Part shown: in pieces, positions 63,604-64,000 of the stretch
How the letters are laid out: each line of letters starts with the position of its first letter
How positions within the stretch are numbered: position 1 is the stretch's first letter
Translations under genes and position numbers: made by a program
Origin: Mobula hypostoma
Lineage: Eukaryota
Direction: 5' to 3'
Assembly: GCF_963921235.1 (NCBI RefSeq)
Contig: NC_086097.1
Location: forward strand, 243,910,001-243,974,000
Length of the DNA stretch: 64,000 nucleotides
The notes under the pieces: generated by a model
What the model saw: the letters and a program-made list of their open reading frames with translations, nothing else
What the model was told of the DNA's origin: nothing
Database searches by the model: none

Positions 63604-64000
63604 ATAATCTCATGCCAGCAGCATCACAGAGACATAACCTTATACCAGCAGCGTCACAGACACATAACCTCATACCAGCAGCATCACAGACATAACCTCA
63701 TACAAACAACGTCACAGACATGTAACCTCGTACCAGCAGCGTCACAGACACATAACCACATACCAGCAGCGTCACAGACACGTAACCACATACAAACAAC
63801 GTCACAGACACGTAACCTCATACCAGCAGCGTCACAGACACATAACCTCATACCAGCAGCGTCACAGACACATAACCACATACAAACAACGTCACAGACA
63901 TGTAACCTCGTACCAGCAGCGACACAGACACATAACCTCATATCAGCAGCATTACAGACACATAACCTCATACCAGCAGCATTACAGACATAACCTCATA

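Larger units (their letters stand above)
39770..64000. repeat. 30-bp satellite/minisatellite array, consensus ACATAACCTCATACCAGCAGCGTCACAGAC, runs off the window end
   Basis: Direct 30-bp periodicity with occasional 28/29-bp units; several hundred head-to-tail copies in one orientation. Confidence 0.99.

Noticed and set aside
39693..63993. Dozens of ORFs with 10-aa repeats (SQTHNLIPAA, HRHITSYQQR, MRLCVCDAAG)
   Set aside because: They follow automatically from a 30-bp unit lacking stops in some frames. Frequent 1-2-bp indels break the frames, both strands are open, and LINEs interrupt the array.
39770..64000. CRISPR-like array
   Set aside because: Repeats are head-to-tail with no unique spacers, there are no cas genes, and the context is eukaryotic.

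Overview
Repeat-dominated vertebrate DNA with no recognisable host gene. The CR1, Rex/Babar, RTE and Penelope mix suggests a cartilaginous fish (inference only). The first 39.7 kb is a mosaic of nested, mostly decayed elements: many CR1 LINE pieces, Rex1/Babar-like LINEs, a RTE/BovB-like LINE, tRNA-type SINEs, a deleted Gypsy LTR element and a Tc1 transposon. Inside the Tc1 right TIR sits a young full-length Penelope-like element (PLE, Neptune-type; 35042-39168) with an uninterrupted RT+GIY-YIG ORF and two ~610-bp pseudo-LTRs. Each pseudo-LTR carries a minimal hammerhead ribozyme, and the two predicted cleavage sites bracket the whole ORF. The RT catalytic motif reads YIDN rather than YIDD. 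Short hammerhead-bearing PLE 3' fragments are scattered through the window, several broken or inverted at the ribozyme. From ~39.77 kb to the end is a 30-bp satellite (consensus ACATAACCTCATACCAGCAGCGTCACAGAC) with higher-order structure and an apparently exact 2,400-bp tandem duplication. It holds two CR1 insertions and two copies of a palindromic PLE mini-element; all three independent insertions join at the same monomer position. In the two mini-element copies the 22-nt ribozyme-containing loop lies in opposite orientations.
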